Shown piece after piece: positions 48,464 through 58,051 of a DNA stretch of 64,000 nucleotides (position 1 is its first letter; the number at the start of each line of letters is the position of its first letter). Location: assembly GCA_945900775.1 (NCBI GenBank), contig CAMDJP010000001.1:11168-75167 (forward strand), given 5' to 3'. The DNA is from Akkermansia muciniphila (GTDB lineage: Bacteria; Verrucomicrobiota; Verrucomicrobiia; Limisphaerales; SIAT01). The translations under genes and the position numbers were made by a program. Below the pieces are notes generated by a model. That model was not told the DNA's origin and did no database searches. It saw nothing but the letters and a program-made list of their open reading frames with translations.

Positions 48464-49618
48464 ATGATAACTGTCCTTTTCATTTCTTTATTGAGCAGTG
48501 CCGTCTCGGCCTTTTTTATTGTTCGTTTTTCCCACCTTCATCTACACGTCACGTCTGACACTGCATTTGGCGAAGGTCCTCAAAAAATTCATCACGAAAT
48601 CACGCCTCGCATCGGTGGAGTGGCTATTGCGATTGGCCTAATCGCCGGTCTGTTAGCGGCAGTTCAAACTGATGTATTGTCCGGCAAGAAATTCCAAATG
48701 TGGATACTTTGTGTCACTCCCGTATTTTTCGCAGGTCTAGCGGAAGACATCACAAAAAAGGTCGGCGCGCGCTGGAGACTTGGCGCCGCCTTTGGAGCGG
48801 CATTACTCGCTTTGATTCTGCTTGATGGAGAAGTGCCTCCACTCGGCACCGCAGCATTCATTGGTCAACCTTTTTATCCCGCGCTCTGCGTTGCGTTCAC
48901 TCTCTTCGCTGTTGGCGGCGTTACGCACGCCTTCAATATTATGGATGGTCTCCACGGTTTATTGGGTGGCATGTCGATATTGACCCTCGCTGCTCTTGCG
49001 TGGATGTCGGACAGGATCGGAGATAGCGAGTTGTTTATTGCTTGCTTGAGTCTGCTCGGTGGCGTGTTTGGCTTTCTTATTTTCAATTTCCCATTTGGAA
49101 AACTCTTTGCCGGCGATGCTGGCGCCTATCTCATAGGGTTTGTGATTGCCGAGATTTCTGTCCTGCTGAGCGCAAGACATCCAGAGGTCTCCCCGTGGTT
49201 TATCCTATTGCTGCTGGCGTATCCGGTAACAGAAGTCTTGTTTTCTATTTATCGGCGGTCTTTTTTGAAGCAGCAACCCGCAGGCAAACCCGACGGCTTG
49301 CATCTCCATTCGCTTTTATACAAACGAATTGGGATCTGGATTTGGGACGATGACACCAACGTCTTAGCCAAAGCGCTTTCCAATTCCTTCGCGACCGTCT
49401 TAGTGTGGGTTTTGATGTTATTGCCCTTGGGGATGGCGGTGCTTTTCTGCGATCGTCCTCCACTTCTGATCTGCGGCTGCATAGGTTTTATGCTTTGCTA
49501 CGTTTCTCTGTACTGGGGATTGGTTCGATTCAAGACCCCACGGTGGCTGCTTTGGATTAAAGCCGTTCGCTACCATAAAAACGCGAAACGCCTCTTAGAT
49601 CCCGCATGCCGCGAATGA
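48464..49618 (+). CDS. MraY/WecA family (Glycos_transf_4) polyprenyl-phosphate sugar-1-phosphate transferase
   Basis: PRIGG, GLAED, NIMDGLHG, FNFP..KLFAGDAG and PDxLHLH motifs. Confidence 0.9.
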   Translation: MITVLFISLLSSAVSAFFIVRFSHLHLHVTSDTAFGEGPQKIHHEITPRIGGVAIAIGLIAGLLAAVQTDVLSGKKFQMWILCVTPVFFAGLAEDITKKVGARWRLGAAFGAALLALILLDGEVPPLGTAAFIGQPFYPALCVAFTLFAVGGVTHAFNIMDGLHGLLGGMSILTLAALAWMSDRIGDSELFIACLSLLGGVFGFLIFNFPFGKLFAGDAGAYLIGFVIAEISVLLSARHPEVSPWFILLLLAYPVTEVLFSIYRRSFLKQQPAGKPDGLHLHSLLYKRIGIWIWDDDTNVLAKALSNSFATVLVWVLMLLPLGMAVLFCDRPPLLICGCIGFMLCYVSLYWGLVRFKTPRWLLWIKAVRYHKNAKRLLDPACRE

Positions 49619-49701
49619 AATCTCTCTATTCGCTAAGGCGTTTTGCTCGTCACTAGGCCGAGTGATTGACTTTTCCATGCCTAACGTCTAAGTATTGTGT
49701 G

Positions 49702-51093
49702 ATGAAGAATGCTTTCATTTGCCTCTTGGGTGCTACAGTGGGCGTTTCTCACATTGCCGGTGCGCCGGTCGATTTCGTTAAGGAAATACAACCACTTCTC
49801 GAATTCAACTGTGTGGCCTGCCACCGCGAAGGGTACGCGAAGGGGGGCTTACGACTCGACCGCCGCGATGAGGCCTTCAAGGGTGGCGACTTGGGTGTTG
49901 GCATCGTTGCTGGAAAACCGGAGAAAAGCCCCGTTTATACTTGGACCGTGGTTCCAGCGGATGACGAGCGCTTGATGCCACCGAAGGCGAAGAACGGCCC
50001 ATTGTCCAAGGACAAGACCGACCTCATTCGTGACTGGATAGCTCAAGGCGCTCAGTGGCCGAAGGATCTTGTGCTTATAGGGAAGAAAATCGATGAGATT
50101 GCTGGCGATGAGAAGACGCTCGCGATCGAACTGCACAAGCGCATCGTGAGTGCAATAAGCGAGACATCCGCTTCGCAGATGAAGCCCTATACCTCGAAGA
50201 TTCCGGGTGCCGACATCGAGTTTTCGATGCAGCCGATTCCCGCTGGCGACTTTGTCATGGGCAGCGCGACGGCTGAAGCGGGTCGCAAGACGGATGAAAG
50301 TCCCCAGCACAAGGTGAAGATTGCCCCTTTCTGGATGGGTAAATTCGAGGTGACATGGGATGAGTTTGAACTCTTCATGTATCCCGAGGAAGAGAAGCGC
50401 ACGATGGTCCGCTTCGGCCCGACAAAGGAGGACAAGGTTCTTGACGCTGTCAGTCGACCGACCAAGCCGTACGTGGAGATGAGCTTCGGTATGGGTAAAG
50501 TCGGTTTTCCTGCGATTTCGATGACGCACTATGCGGCTAATAAGTATTGTCAGTGGCTCAGCTCGAAGACGGGGCATTTCTATCGCCTGCCAACCGAAGC
50601 GGAGTGGGAATACGCCTGTCGTGCTGGCACGCAGACGGCCTATTCGTGGGGCGACGATCCGAAGCTGGCGAAGGAATATGCGTGGTTCGAGAACAACAGC
50701 GAGTTCAAGTACCAGAAGATTGGCAAGAAGAAGCCAAATGCATGGGGTCTCCACGACATGCACGGCAACGTCGCCGAGTGGTGTATCGACCAGTACGCCG
50801 CAGATTACGCCCGATTCAAAGCATCAGTAACCGAAAATCCGTGGACGAAATCCACTACACCCTATCCACACGTGGCTCGTGGCGGCTCATGGGATGACGC
50901 ACCGGATAAACTCCGCAGCGCGGCGCGGCGCGCCTCGGACAAGTCATGGAAACAGCAGGACCCTCAACTCCCGAAGAGCATCTGGTATCTTACCGACGCC
51001 CAGTTCCTCGGCTTCCGCGTCGTACGTCCGCTCAAAGTGCCCTCGGCCGAAGAGTTGCAGGCCTTCTGGAACAACGGTGTGGAACGCGAGTAA
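49702..51093 (+). CDS. Exported planctomycete-type cytochrome c + FGE-sulfatase (SUMF1/PvdO-like) fold protein
   Basis: DFVKEIQPLL..CVACH...MPP..WI.QGA; then F.MGS, RLPTEAEWEYACR, GLHDMHGNVAEW, RGGSW and GFRVV. Confidence 0.88.
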   Translation: MKNAFICLLGATVGVSHIAGAPVDFVKEIQPLLEFNCVACHREGYAKGGLRLDRRDEAFKGGDLGVGIVAGKPEKSPVYTWTVVPADDERLMPPKAKNGPLSKDKTDLIRDWIAQGAQWPKDLVLIGKKIDEIAGDEKTLAIELHKRIVSAISETSASQMKPYTSKIPGADIEFSMQPIPAGDFVMGSATAEAGRKTDESPQHKVKIAPFWMGKFEVTWDEFELFMYPEEEKRTMVRFGPTKEDKVLDAVSRPTKPYVEMSFGMGKVGFPAISMTHYAANKYCQWLSSKTGHFYRLPTEAEWEYACRAGTQTAYSWGDDPKLAKEYAWFENNSEFKYQKIGKKKPNAWGLHDMHGNVAEWCIDQYAADYARFKASVTENPWTKSTTPYPHVARGGSWDDAPDKLRSAARRASDKSWKQQDPQLPKSIWYLTDAQFLGFRVVRPLKVPSAEELQAFWNNGVERE

Positions 51094-51317
51094 CTCGAAG
51101 CCTGAGCGGTTCATCGATTCGCGACCGCAGGGAGTAAAAACACGAGAATCCTTGCGCGACCCTTCCAGGGCCTGATGGGACTGAAAGCACCAGTTTTGCG
51201 CCGGGTTACCCAACAGTTTTTTCGGTGATGGACAATTCACACGGGAGACGATAGAGAATCACCCGCTCCAGCGACACAGCACGCGCCGGCGCACCGAAGA
51301 ACGAACCTAAACGATTT

Positions 51318-52688
51318 ATGAACCAAAACACACCGCTGAACCCGAGCTTTTCGCGCCGGGATTTCCTCTCCAACACCACCAAGGCGACAGCTGCCGCCTC
51401 GCTGCTCGGCACGCTGCCGATTGAGCGTTTCGCTCTTGGCGCCTCGCCGAGCGACACGGTGAAGGTCGCTCTCATCGGCTGCGGCGGGCGCGGTTCCGGC
51501 GCGGCGAACCAAGCCCTGAGCACTGACGGCTCCGTTAAGCTCGTGGCCGCGGCGGACGTGCATCCGGACCGGATGAATGGCGCCATCGGCAATCTTACGA
51601 AGGGTCACAAGGACAAGGTGGACATTAAGAAGGAGAACATGTTTCTCGGGTTCGACGGTTATAAGAAAGCCATCTCGCTCGCCGACGTGGTGATTCTTGC
51701 CACGCCGCCGGGCTTTCGCCCGATGCAGTTCGAGGAGGCGGTGCGCCAGGGCAAACACGTGTTCATGGAGAAGCCGGTCTGCGTGGACGCGCCCGGCTTC
51801 CGCAAAGTGATGGCTGCCGCCCAAGAGGCGAAGAAGAAGAACCTCAAGGTCGGCGTCGGTCTTCAGCGGCATCATCAGGCTGGGTATCTGGAGACGATGA
51901 AGCGCCTGCATGACGGCGCCATTGGTGACATCGTGGCGATGCGCGCCTACTGGAATGGCAACACCCCGTGGGTGCGTCGCCGCGACGAACTCGAAAAACA
52001 ATACGGCCGCAAGCTCACCGAGATGGAGTACCAACTCCGCAATTGGTACTACTTCGTCTGGCTCTGCGGCGACCATATCGCCGAGCAGCACATCCATAAT
52101 CTCGATGTCATTAACTGGGTGAAAAAAGGCCCGCCCGTCCGCGCTCGCGGCAACGGTGGTTGCGAAACCCGCAAAGGCAAGGACTACGGCGAAATCTTCG
52201 ACCACCATGTCGTCGAGTTCACATACGAAGACGGCTCCGTCTGCTTCAGCCAGTGCCGCCATCAGCAGGGTTGCTGGAACGATGTCTCCGAGTCTGTCAT
52301 CGGTACGAAGGGCAAGAGCGACATCAGCCGCCATACCATCACCGGCGACAACGCATGGCGCTTCCAAGCCCAAGACCAAGCCAAGCGCAAGGATGCTTAC
52401 CAGCAGGAGCACGACAACCTCTTCGCCGCCATCCGCAACAACACTCCGTTCAACGAAGCCGAGTATGGCGCGACCAGCTCGATGACCTCTGTACTCGGTC
52501 GCATGGCGACCTACTCGGGCAAGGAGGTCACTTGGGATCAGGCCATCAAATCTGAAGTGGACACGATGGTTCCGAACATCGACAAGGTGTCGTTCGAAGA
52601 GGCGATGCAGCTAATGCCGAAGAGCCTGCCGGATCCGGTCACCGGACTCTACAAGCTGTCCGTGCCCGGCCAGACCACCGTCATCTAA
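51318..52688 (+). CDS. Tat-exported Gfo/Idh/MocA oxidoreductase
   Basis: SRRDFL; IGCGGRGSGA, ATPPGFRP, MEKP and EQHIHNLD motifs. Confidence 0.92.
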   Translation: MNQNTPLNPSFSRRDFLSNTTKATAAASLLGTLPIERFALGASPSDTVKVALIGCGGRGSGAANQALSTDGSVKLVAAADVHPDRMNGAIGNLTKGHKDKVDIKKENMFLGFDGYKKAISLADVVILATPPGFRPMQFEEAVRQGKHVFMEKPVCVDAPGFRKVMAAAQEAKKKNLKVGVGLQRHHQAGYLETMKRLHDGAIGDIVAMRAYWNGNTPWVRRRDELEKQYGRKLTEMEYQLRNWYYFVWLCGDHIAEQHIHNLDVINWVKKGPPVRARGNGGCETRKGKDYGEIFDHHVVEFTYEDGSVCFSQCRHQQGCWNDVSESVIGTKGKSDISRHTITGDNAWRFQAQDQAKRKDAYQQEHDNLFAAIRNNTPFNEAEYGATSSMTSVLGRMATYSGKEVTWDQAIKSEVDTMVPNIDKVSFEEAMQLMPKSLPDPVTGLYKLSVPGQTTVI

Positions 52689-52692
52689 TTAA

Positions 52693-53742
52693 GTGTTTCC
52701 GTTTTCTCATAACACCCGCATCTGGCGACAGGTGCGGGTGTTTTGTTTACTACTACTCACTGGTTGCGCAACGACACGCGAGGAAATAGGCCGCGAAACG
52801 CTCTCTCGCCTCGAGTTCGCTCAGCCCGCGATGGGCACGATGTTCCGTATCGTTCTCTACGCATCAGATCAAAAACGTGGCGAGGCGGCTGCGAAGGCCG
52901 CCTTTGCCCGTGTCATCGAACTCGAGCGCGCGATGACCGACTACAATCCCGAAAGTGAACTGCTTCGCCTCTGCCGCCAACCGCACGGCCAGCCGATTCA
53001 TGTAAGCCACGATCTCTTCGCCGCGTTGCGATACGCTCGTGAGTTAGCCGAATTGACTAGCGGTGCGGTTGACCCGACCGTCGGCCCCTATGTCCAGCTC
53101 TGGCGTCGCGGCCGTCGTCAACGTGAATTACCAGCGCCCGAAAAGATTGCCGAGGCAGCTCCTGCTGTCGGCTGGAAAAAGTTTCAACTCGATCCCACAA
53201 AGCAGACCGTTACGTTGTTCGCACCGAACATGCGCCTCGACCTCGGCGGCGTTGGAAAAGGGTACGCGGCTGATGCGGCGCTGACGCTATTGCGAAATCG
53301 CGGCATCACGGCGGCTCTCGTCGCCGCCAGTGGCGATCTTGCCATTGGTGATCCGCCGCCGGGCAAGACTGGCTGGGATATTGGATTGATGTCCTTCACC
53401 AGTGATAAACCGGGCCAGCAGGTGACGCTTCGAAATTGTGCCGTCTCCACTTCGGGCGACACCGAACAGTTTCTGTTGTTCGACGGCGTGCGTTACTCCC
53501 ACATCGTGGACCCGCGTACCGGTCGCGCGCTCACAAACCGCGTTAGCGCCAACGTTGTTGCGCCAACGGCCACGCAGAGTGACCTCCTAGCCACAGCCGT
53601 TTGCGTGCTCGGGGCGGAGAAAAGCTTGGAGATTTTCAGAAAGCTCGACGGAGTTCATTTCCGCGCTGTCATGCTGCGTGGTGAAAAGCCGTCGGAAATC
53701 GTTTCGCCCGAATTCCCGCCAGCAAAAAAGACAGAGAAGTGA
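52693..53742 (+). CDS. apbE: FAD:protein FMN transferase (ApbE), lipoprotein
   Basis: LTGC lipobox; AMGT, DPTVGP, DLGGVGKGYAAD, STSG, HIVDPRTG and D..ATA motifs; exact start uncertain. Confidence 0.92.
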   Translation: MFPFSHNTRIWRQVRVFCLLLLTGCATTREEIGRETLSRLEFAQPAMGTMFRIVLYASDQKRGEAAAKAAFARVIELERAMTDYNPESELLRLCRQPHGQPIHVSHDLFAALRYARELAELTSGAVDPTVGPYVQLWRRGRRQRELPAPEKIAEAAPAVGWKKFQLDPTKQTVTLFAPNMRLDLGGVGKGYAADAALTLLRNRGITAALVAASGDLAIGDPPPGKTGWDIGLMSFTSDKPGQQVTLRNCAVSTSGDTEQFLLFDGVRYSHIVDPRTGRALTNRVSANVVAPTATQSDLLATAVCVLGAEKSLEIFRKLDGVHFRAVMLRGEKPSEIVSPEFPPAKKTEK

Positions 53743-53765
53743 GCGCCGCGTAATCGTCGATGGCG

Positions 53766-54785
53766 TCAGGTCACCAACCGTTCGCGCAGTTGTGCTACGC
53801 TCGCGGTGCCCGTGGTGCCAAGCTGGTGGATAACCACCGAGGATGCGACCATCGCAATCTCTAGCGCCTCGCCCAGTGCGGCCCCGGCGGCGAACGCACA
53901 GGTGAGGTTCGCCGTCACCGCATCGCCCGCGCCGACAATGTCGATTTCGCCCCGCACCGGCAGTGAAGCGACATGCTCCACCGCTCCCGCCGCGTTGGCT
54001 CCGATGATTCCCTCCTCCGAAAGAGTGACGAAAACAGGTCTGCTGGTTTTTCGGGCGAGCTCTGCCGCGGCCTGTTTTACTTCCGAGAGGCTGGAGGATT
54101 CTCTGCTTCCAGTCATAGCCGTTAGTTCTGCGCGGTTCATTTTGAGAGAGACCGCTGGCCAACCGCACAAGCCGCGTCGGCTATCGCCGAGAATCAGAAG
54201 TTTCGGACGACTACTCGCGATTTCGCCAGCCGCATCGAGCAGGCGATTAGTCACCACGCCGGTTTCCCGGACATCGACTTGGTCGAGCAGGATGATGGCG
54301 TCGACCGTCGCCGCGATTTCCCGCAGCGAAGCGATGAGTTGCTCTTGAACTACGGTGGGCGTCGGCGATGAATTCTTGCTGTCGAGCCGGCTCAACTCTT
54401 CGGGCGGGCGCGTGGGGTGGATGACGAGCGGTTTGCAGTAGGTGAAGGTGCGGCGCTCGGCGGTCTGGAGGAAGTATTCCATCCGCACGCCCGGCATTTG
54501 GCGCAGAGCGCGCTGCAGTTCGTAACCCTCGCCGTCCTCACCGCAGAAGCCGACCGGCCGAAGCTCGCCCACGCCGAGCGCGACGAGGTTGTTGAGGATG
54601 GTTCCTGCGCCGCCCGGTTGACTGCGGACGTTCACCACATTGTAGACAGGCAAGCCGGTCTCGATCGATGTCTCGGCACGTGCTGGGTCGATTTCGAGGT
54701 AACGATCGAGGCAGAAGTCGCCCACCACCGCGATGCGCAGCGCCGCGTATCTGCTGGTGATATCCTGTAGGCGTTCCCGGTTCAC
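53766..54785 (-). CDS. PfkB family kinase similar to the HldE/RfaE kinase domain
   Basis: VVGDFCLDRY, PGGAG..NNLxALG and DIVGAGD motifs; no nucleotidyltransferase domain. Confidence 0.85.
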   Translation of the reverse strand: MNRERLQDITSRYAALRIAVVGDFCLDRYLEIDPARAETSIETGLPVYNVVNVRSQPGGAGTILNNLVALGVGELRPVGFCGEDGEGYELQRALRQMPGVRMEYFLQTAERRTFTYCKPLVIHPTRPPEELSRLDSKNSSPTPTVVQEQLIASLREIAATVDAIILLDQVDVRETGVVTNRLLDAAGEIASSRPKLLILGDSRRGLCGWPAVSLKMNRAELTAMTGSRESSSLSEVKQAAAELARKTSRPVFVTLSEEGIIGANAAGAVEHVASLPVRGEIDIVGAGDAVTANLTCAFAAGAALGEALEIAMVASSVVIHQLGTTGTASVAQLRERLVT

Positions 54786-55897
54786 GCGCTATGAGTGAGT
54801 TCGTGCAATAGGTGCTGGACGAAGACGAGGTTGTCACATTCTAGATAATGCATCTCGCCGCCCATTCGCGAGAAGCTCTTGCAAAAGCGGAGGTAGTAGG
54901 CCGGATTGTCTTTGGGCGGCTCGCCCTGCGTCCAGTCCCAGTTCCCGCCATCCTGCAGGTCCACCACGTACATGCTGTGGCCCTTCACAATCGGCCGGTT
55001 GGCCTGCAGGCGAAGGTTGTTCACGCAGCTGAGGCTCTTCTCGAAGACCTGAGGACCCATGATGGCCGAGCCGACGGAGAGAACCGCGCCGCCGTCGAGG
55101 CCTTCCACCGCGGTGCTGAAGAGACGGAAGTCGGTCGTAGCCGCGCGGCCGAGCACAGCGCCGTTGAACATCGGGTGGTTGGAGATGATGTCATAGCCGA
55201 TGCCGGGATGGACAGTGATTGGGATGTTCCGGCGGAACGCCTGCGCCAAAACAGAGCTTGCCTTCCACGGATGCTTCACCTCGATACGGCCCGACGGTAG
55301 GCGATGACGAAGGATTACCTGCAACAGCTCAGCCCGCGCCGGCGCGAGTGGATGAGATGGCTCGGCGCGAAGCTGATTTTCCAATTCGTCGCTGCTAGGA
55401 AGGATTACGCCATCGTCCGCGATGAAGCGGCCAAGACTTCGCCCGAAACCATCCTCACGCAACGCACCGACGAGTAGCGCGAGGTGAATATTGCGCCCCG
55501 TCTCGTCCCACGCGCCGAACGTGCCAGTGGCGACATTTTTCGCGACACTCTCGGTGGAGCGGCCGAGAAACGCCCATTCCCAGTCGTGGATGATGCCGGC
55601 GCCGTTGGTGGCGAGGTGCGTGATCCAGTCACCGTCCATCAATCGGTCGAGAATGAGATGGCCGCCGTTCTTGAGCAGGTGAGCGCCGTAGATGAGTAAC
55701 ACGCTCGCACCGCGGACGCGCGCCGCACGAATGTTTTCTGTAGCGTGGCGGATGAGCTTGGCGGTCATTTCGCCGCAGGGCGGCAGGGGACGGTCGAGTG
55801 GCACGAGCGTCTCCTCGATGGTCGCCATGCTCGCGCGCTCGGCGAGCGGGAAGACCTTGAGCTTCGTGAGGTCGAGCGGTTCGGGAAACGGTTGCAT
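54782..55897 (-). CDS. Hypothetical protein, probable deoxyhypusine-synthase-like fold
   Basis: GAHLLK.G, LATNGAGIIHD, SVLAQA...IPITVHPGIG.D and GSA..P..FEK patterns resemble DHS-like proteins; overlaps the kinase start. Confidence 0.6.
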   Translation of the reverse strand: MQPFPEPLDLTKLKVFPLAERASMATIEETLVPLDRPLPPCGEMTAKLIRHATENIRAARVRGASVLLIYGAHLLKNGGHLILDRLMDGDWITHLATNGAGIIHDWEWAFLGRSTESVAKNVATGTFGAWDETGRNIHLALLVGALREDGFGRSLGRFIADDGVILPSSDELENQLRAEPSHPLAPARAELLQVILRHRLPSGRIEVKHPWKASSVLAQAFRRNIPITVHPGIGYDIISNHPMFNGAVLGRAATTDFRLFSTAVEGLDGGAVLSVGSAIMGPQVFEKSLSCVNNLRLQANRPIVKGHSMYVVDLQDGGNWDWTQGEPPKDNPAYYLRFCKSFSRMGGEMHYLECDNLVFVQHLLHELTHSA

Positions 55898-55912
55898 ACG
55901 TTGGCGATGAGC

Positions 55913-56746
55913 TTAAGCGTCCAGCAACCGCGCAAGCAAGGCGTCTGGCTCGCGGTAATCGGGGATGAGAGCGTCCGCGCCAGCAGCAATTAAAGCACGG
56001 CGCTTGTGCGACTCCATCACACCAGAGCCGTTTTGCAACTCGTCGCTAGCGACGCCGATAGCGAGACCGCCGATTTTTTTCGTCGCTTCGATTTCGACGG
56101 CGCCGTCGCCGAATGACAGTAGGCGTGAGCTATTGATCTGCTCCTCTCGCAAGATTTGTTCAAGGTGTGCCAGCTTAGAGAAAGTCCGGCGAGGCTTACT
56201 GCCGATGACACGTCCACCGAAGAAGCGGCCGACGCCAATTAATTCACTTTCCACGCGGACGCGATCCTCGACCGTGCCGCTCAGGATGAAGAGTTTCATG
56301 CCGCGCGCAGCGAGCTTTTCTAAAATAACGACCGCGCCATGCACGACGAAGTCTTCGGGGCGCATCTTCGCTTCGTGGACTTTCGCAGAACGCTCGACAA
56401 TGTTCCGGTCGAGCGAATCCTGGAACTGTTGTCGCAGCGCCTCAGGATCAGGCGGTGTACCGCCGCGCTCGCGGACGCGCTCAGCGAACCGCTCCATCTG
56501 GTGAATAGTCAGTTTACCGTTCAGCGCATAGATGTCGGCGAGCATCATCTCGTGCAGGGCCGATTCCGTGTCGCCTACGCGGCGCGGCAGGAGCGGAAGG
56601 AAAATCTCCAGCATGATTTCCGGCCAGCCGTGGCGCAACCACGAGAGTGTGCCGTCGAAGTCGAAGACGACGTGTGTGATGCCCGGCCGAGGCGCGAAAC
56701 TTGCCGACGCCTCGAACGCGCTCGTCTTCGTCGTCGCAGAAACCAT
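55913..56746 (-). CDS. HAD superfamily hydrolase
   Basis: FDFDGTLS, ILSGT and FGDGxxE motifs. Confidence 0.88.
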   Translation of the reverse strand: MVSATTKTSAFEASASFAPRPGITHVVFDFDGTLSWLRHGWPEIMLEIFLPLLPRRVGDTESALHEMMLADIYALNGKLTIHQMERFAERVRERGGTPPDPEALRQQFQDSLDRNIVERSAKVHEAKMRPEDFVVHGAVVILEKLAARGMKLFILSGTVEDRVRVESELIGVGRFFGGRVIGSKPRRTFSKLAHLEQILREEQINSSRLLSFGDGAVEIEATKKIGGLAIGVASDELQNGSGVMESHKRRALIAAGADALIPDYREPDALLARLLDA

Positions 56747-56840
56747 GCGACGAGAGTAAACGACGGCGCCGCGAAAAGGTCAATTGCCGCTCAGGGAATG
56801 ATTGCAGTCGTCGTTGGGCTTTGATAGGCAAGCGGAACAA

Positions 56841-57935
56841 ATGAACGTACATACCGAGAACACGACGCGTCGCGAGTTTCTCAAGTCCGCAACTCTCGGC
56901 ACTGCTGCTTTAGCTCTCGCCCAAACCGGAGTTGCCGCTGCGCCGAAGCGCCGACTCAAACTCGGCTACGACAACTTCGCCGTGCGCGCGATGGGTTGGA
57001 AGGCGCCGCAACTCATCGACTACGCGGCCAAACTCAAGACCGATTCGCTCTTCATCACCGACTTTGGCCCGTTCGAAAAGACCGATGACGCTTATCTAAA
57101 GGACCTTCGCAAGCAGGCGGCCGACAAAGGAATCCAGCTCTGGCTAGGCTCGTGGAGCATCTGCCCCACGTCGAAGTCGTTCAAGAAGGACTGGGGGACG
57201 GCGGAGGAGCATCTCGCCCTCGGCATCCGCATGGCGAAGGCCCTCGGCTCACCTGCCTTCCGCGTCGTGCTCGGCAACGGCAGCGACCGCCTCACCGAGG
57301 GCGGCATCGACGCCCGTATCGCCGACACCGTAAAAGTGATTAAGAGCCAACGCTCCAAGGCGCGCGACGCCGACGTGAAGATTGCTATGGAGAACCACGC
57401 GGGTGACCTCCATTCGCTCGAGCTAGTCCGCCTCATCGAGGAGGCTGGCAAAGAGTTTGTCGGTGCGAACATGGATTCCGGCAACGCCGTCTGGACGCTT
57501 GAGGATCCTCTTCAGACCCTCGAGAACCTCGGGCCCTACACTCTAACTACGAGCCTACGCGACTCCGCCGCGTGGGAGAGCGAGAACGGCATCACCGCGC
57601 AGTGGACCGCGATGGGCGAGGGGCAGGTCGATTGGAAGCGGTACTTCGCCCGCTTCGCCGAGCTCTGCCCAAACGTCGCCGTGCACATCGAGACCATCTC
57701 CGGCTTCAACCGCGAGCTGGCGGTAAAGAAGGAAGAATTCTGGAAGGCGTGGCCCGGTGGCAAGCCGAAGGGCTACGACCAATTCCTCGCCTTCGCAAAG
57801 CTGGGCAAACCTCGCGCTGCCTGGAAGGCGCCCGAGGGCAAAGACCGCAAACTCGCCGACCAAGAGTATCAGAAGGGCGACGTAGAGCGGAGCATCGCCT
57901 TCTGCAAGACGCTCGGGCTCGGTCCACAGGTGTAG
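56841..57935 (+). CDS. Tat-exported sugar phosphate isomerase/epimerase (TIM barrel)
   Basis: TRREFL; ENHAGD, DSGN and HIE motifs. Confidence 0.88.
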   Translation: MNVHTENTTRREFLKSATLGTAALALAQTGVAAAPKRRLKLGYDNFAVRAMGWKAPQLIDYAAKLKTDSLFITDFGPFEKTDDAYLKDLRKQAADKGIQLWLGSWSICPTSKSFKKDWGTAEEHLALGIRMAKALGSPAFRVVLGNGSDRLTEGGIDARIADTVKVIKSQRSKARDADVKIAMENHAGDLHSLELVRLIEEAGKEFVGANMDSGNAVWTLEDPLQTLENLGPYTLTTSLRDSAAWESENGITAQWTAMGEGQVDWKRYFARFAELCPNVAVHIETISGFNRELAVKKEEFWKAWPGGKPKGYDQFLAFAKLGKPRAAWKAPEGKDRKLADQEYQKGDVERSIAFCKTLGLGPQV

Positions 57936-58051
57936 GTTGCTAAACTGGTGAATGTCCGACAGCCATCGGCCGTCACAGCTGGGACTTTGGCAGCGGCAGG
58001 CGGAGCAGGGCGGGCTTGGCTTCAGCGGTCGCCATCGGCATATTTAACTCT

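Noticed and set aside
51094-51317. 224-nt intergenic region with CTGATG...GAAA, considered as a hammerhead ribozyme or riboswitch
   Set aside because: Core is not CTGATGA, stem II is missing, and I recognised no riboswitch consensus.
51237-52412. 391-aa - strand ORF
   Set aside because: Antisense shadow of the Tat-Gfo gene.
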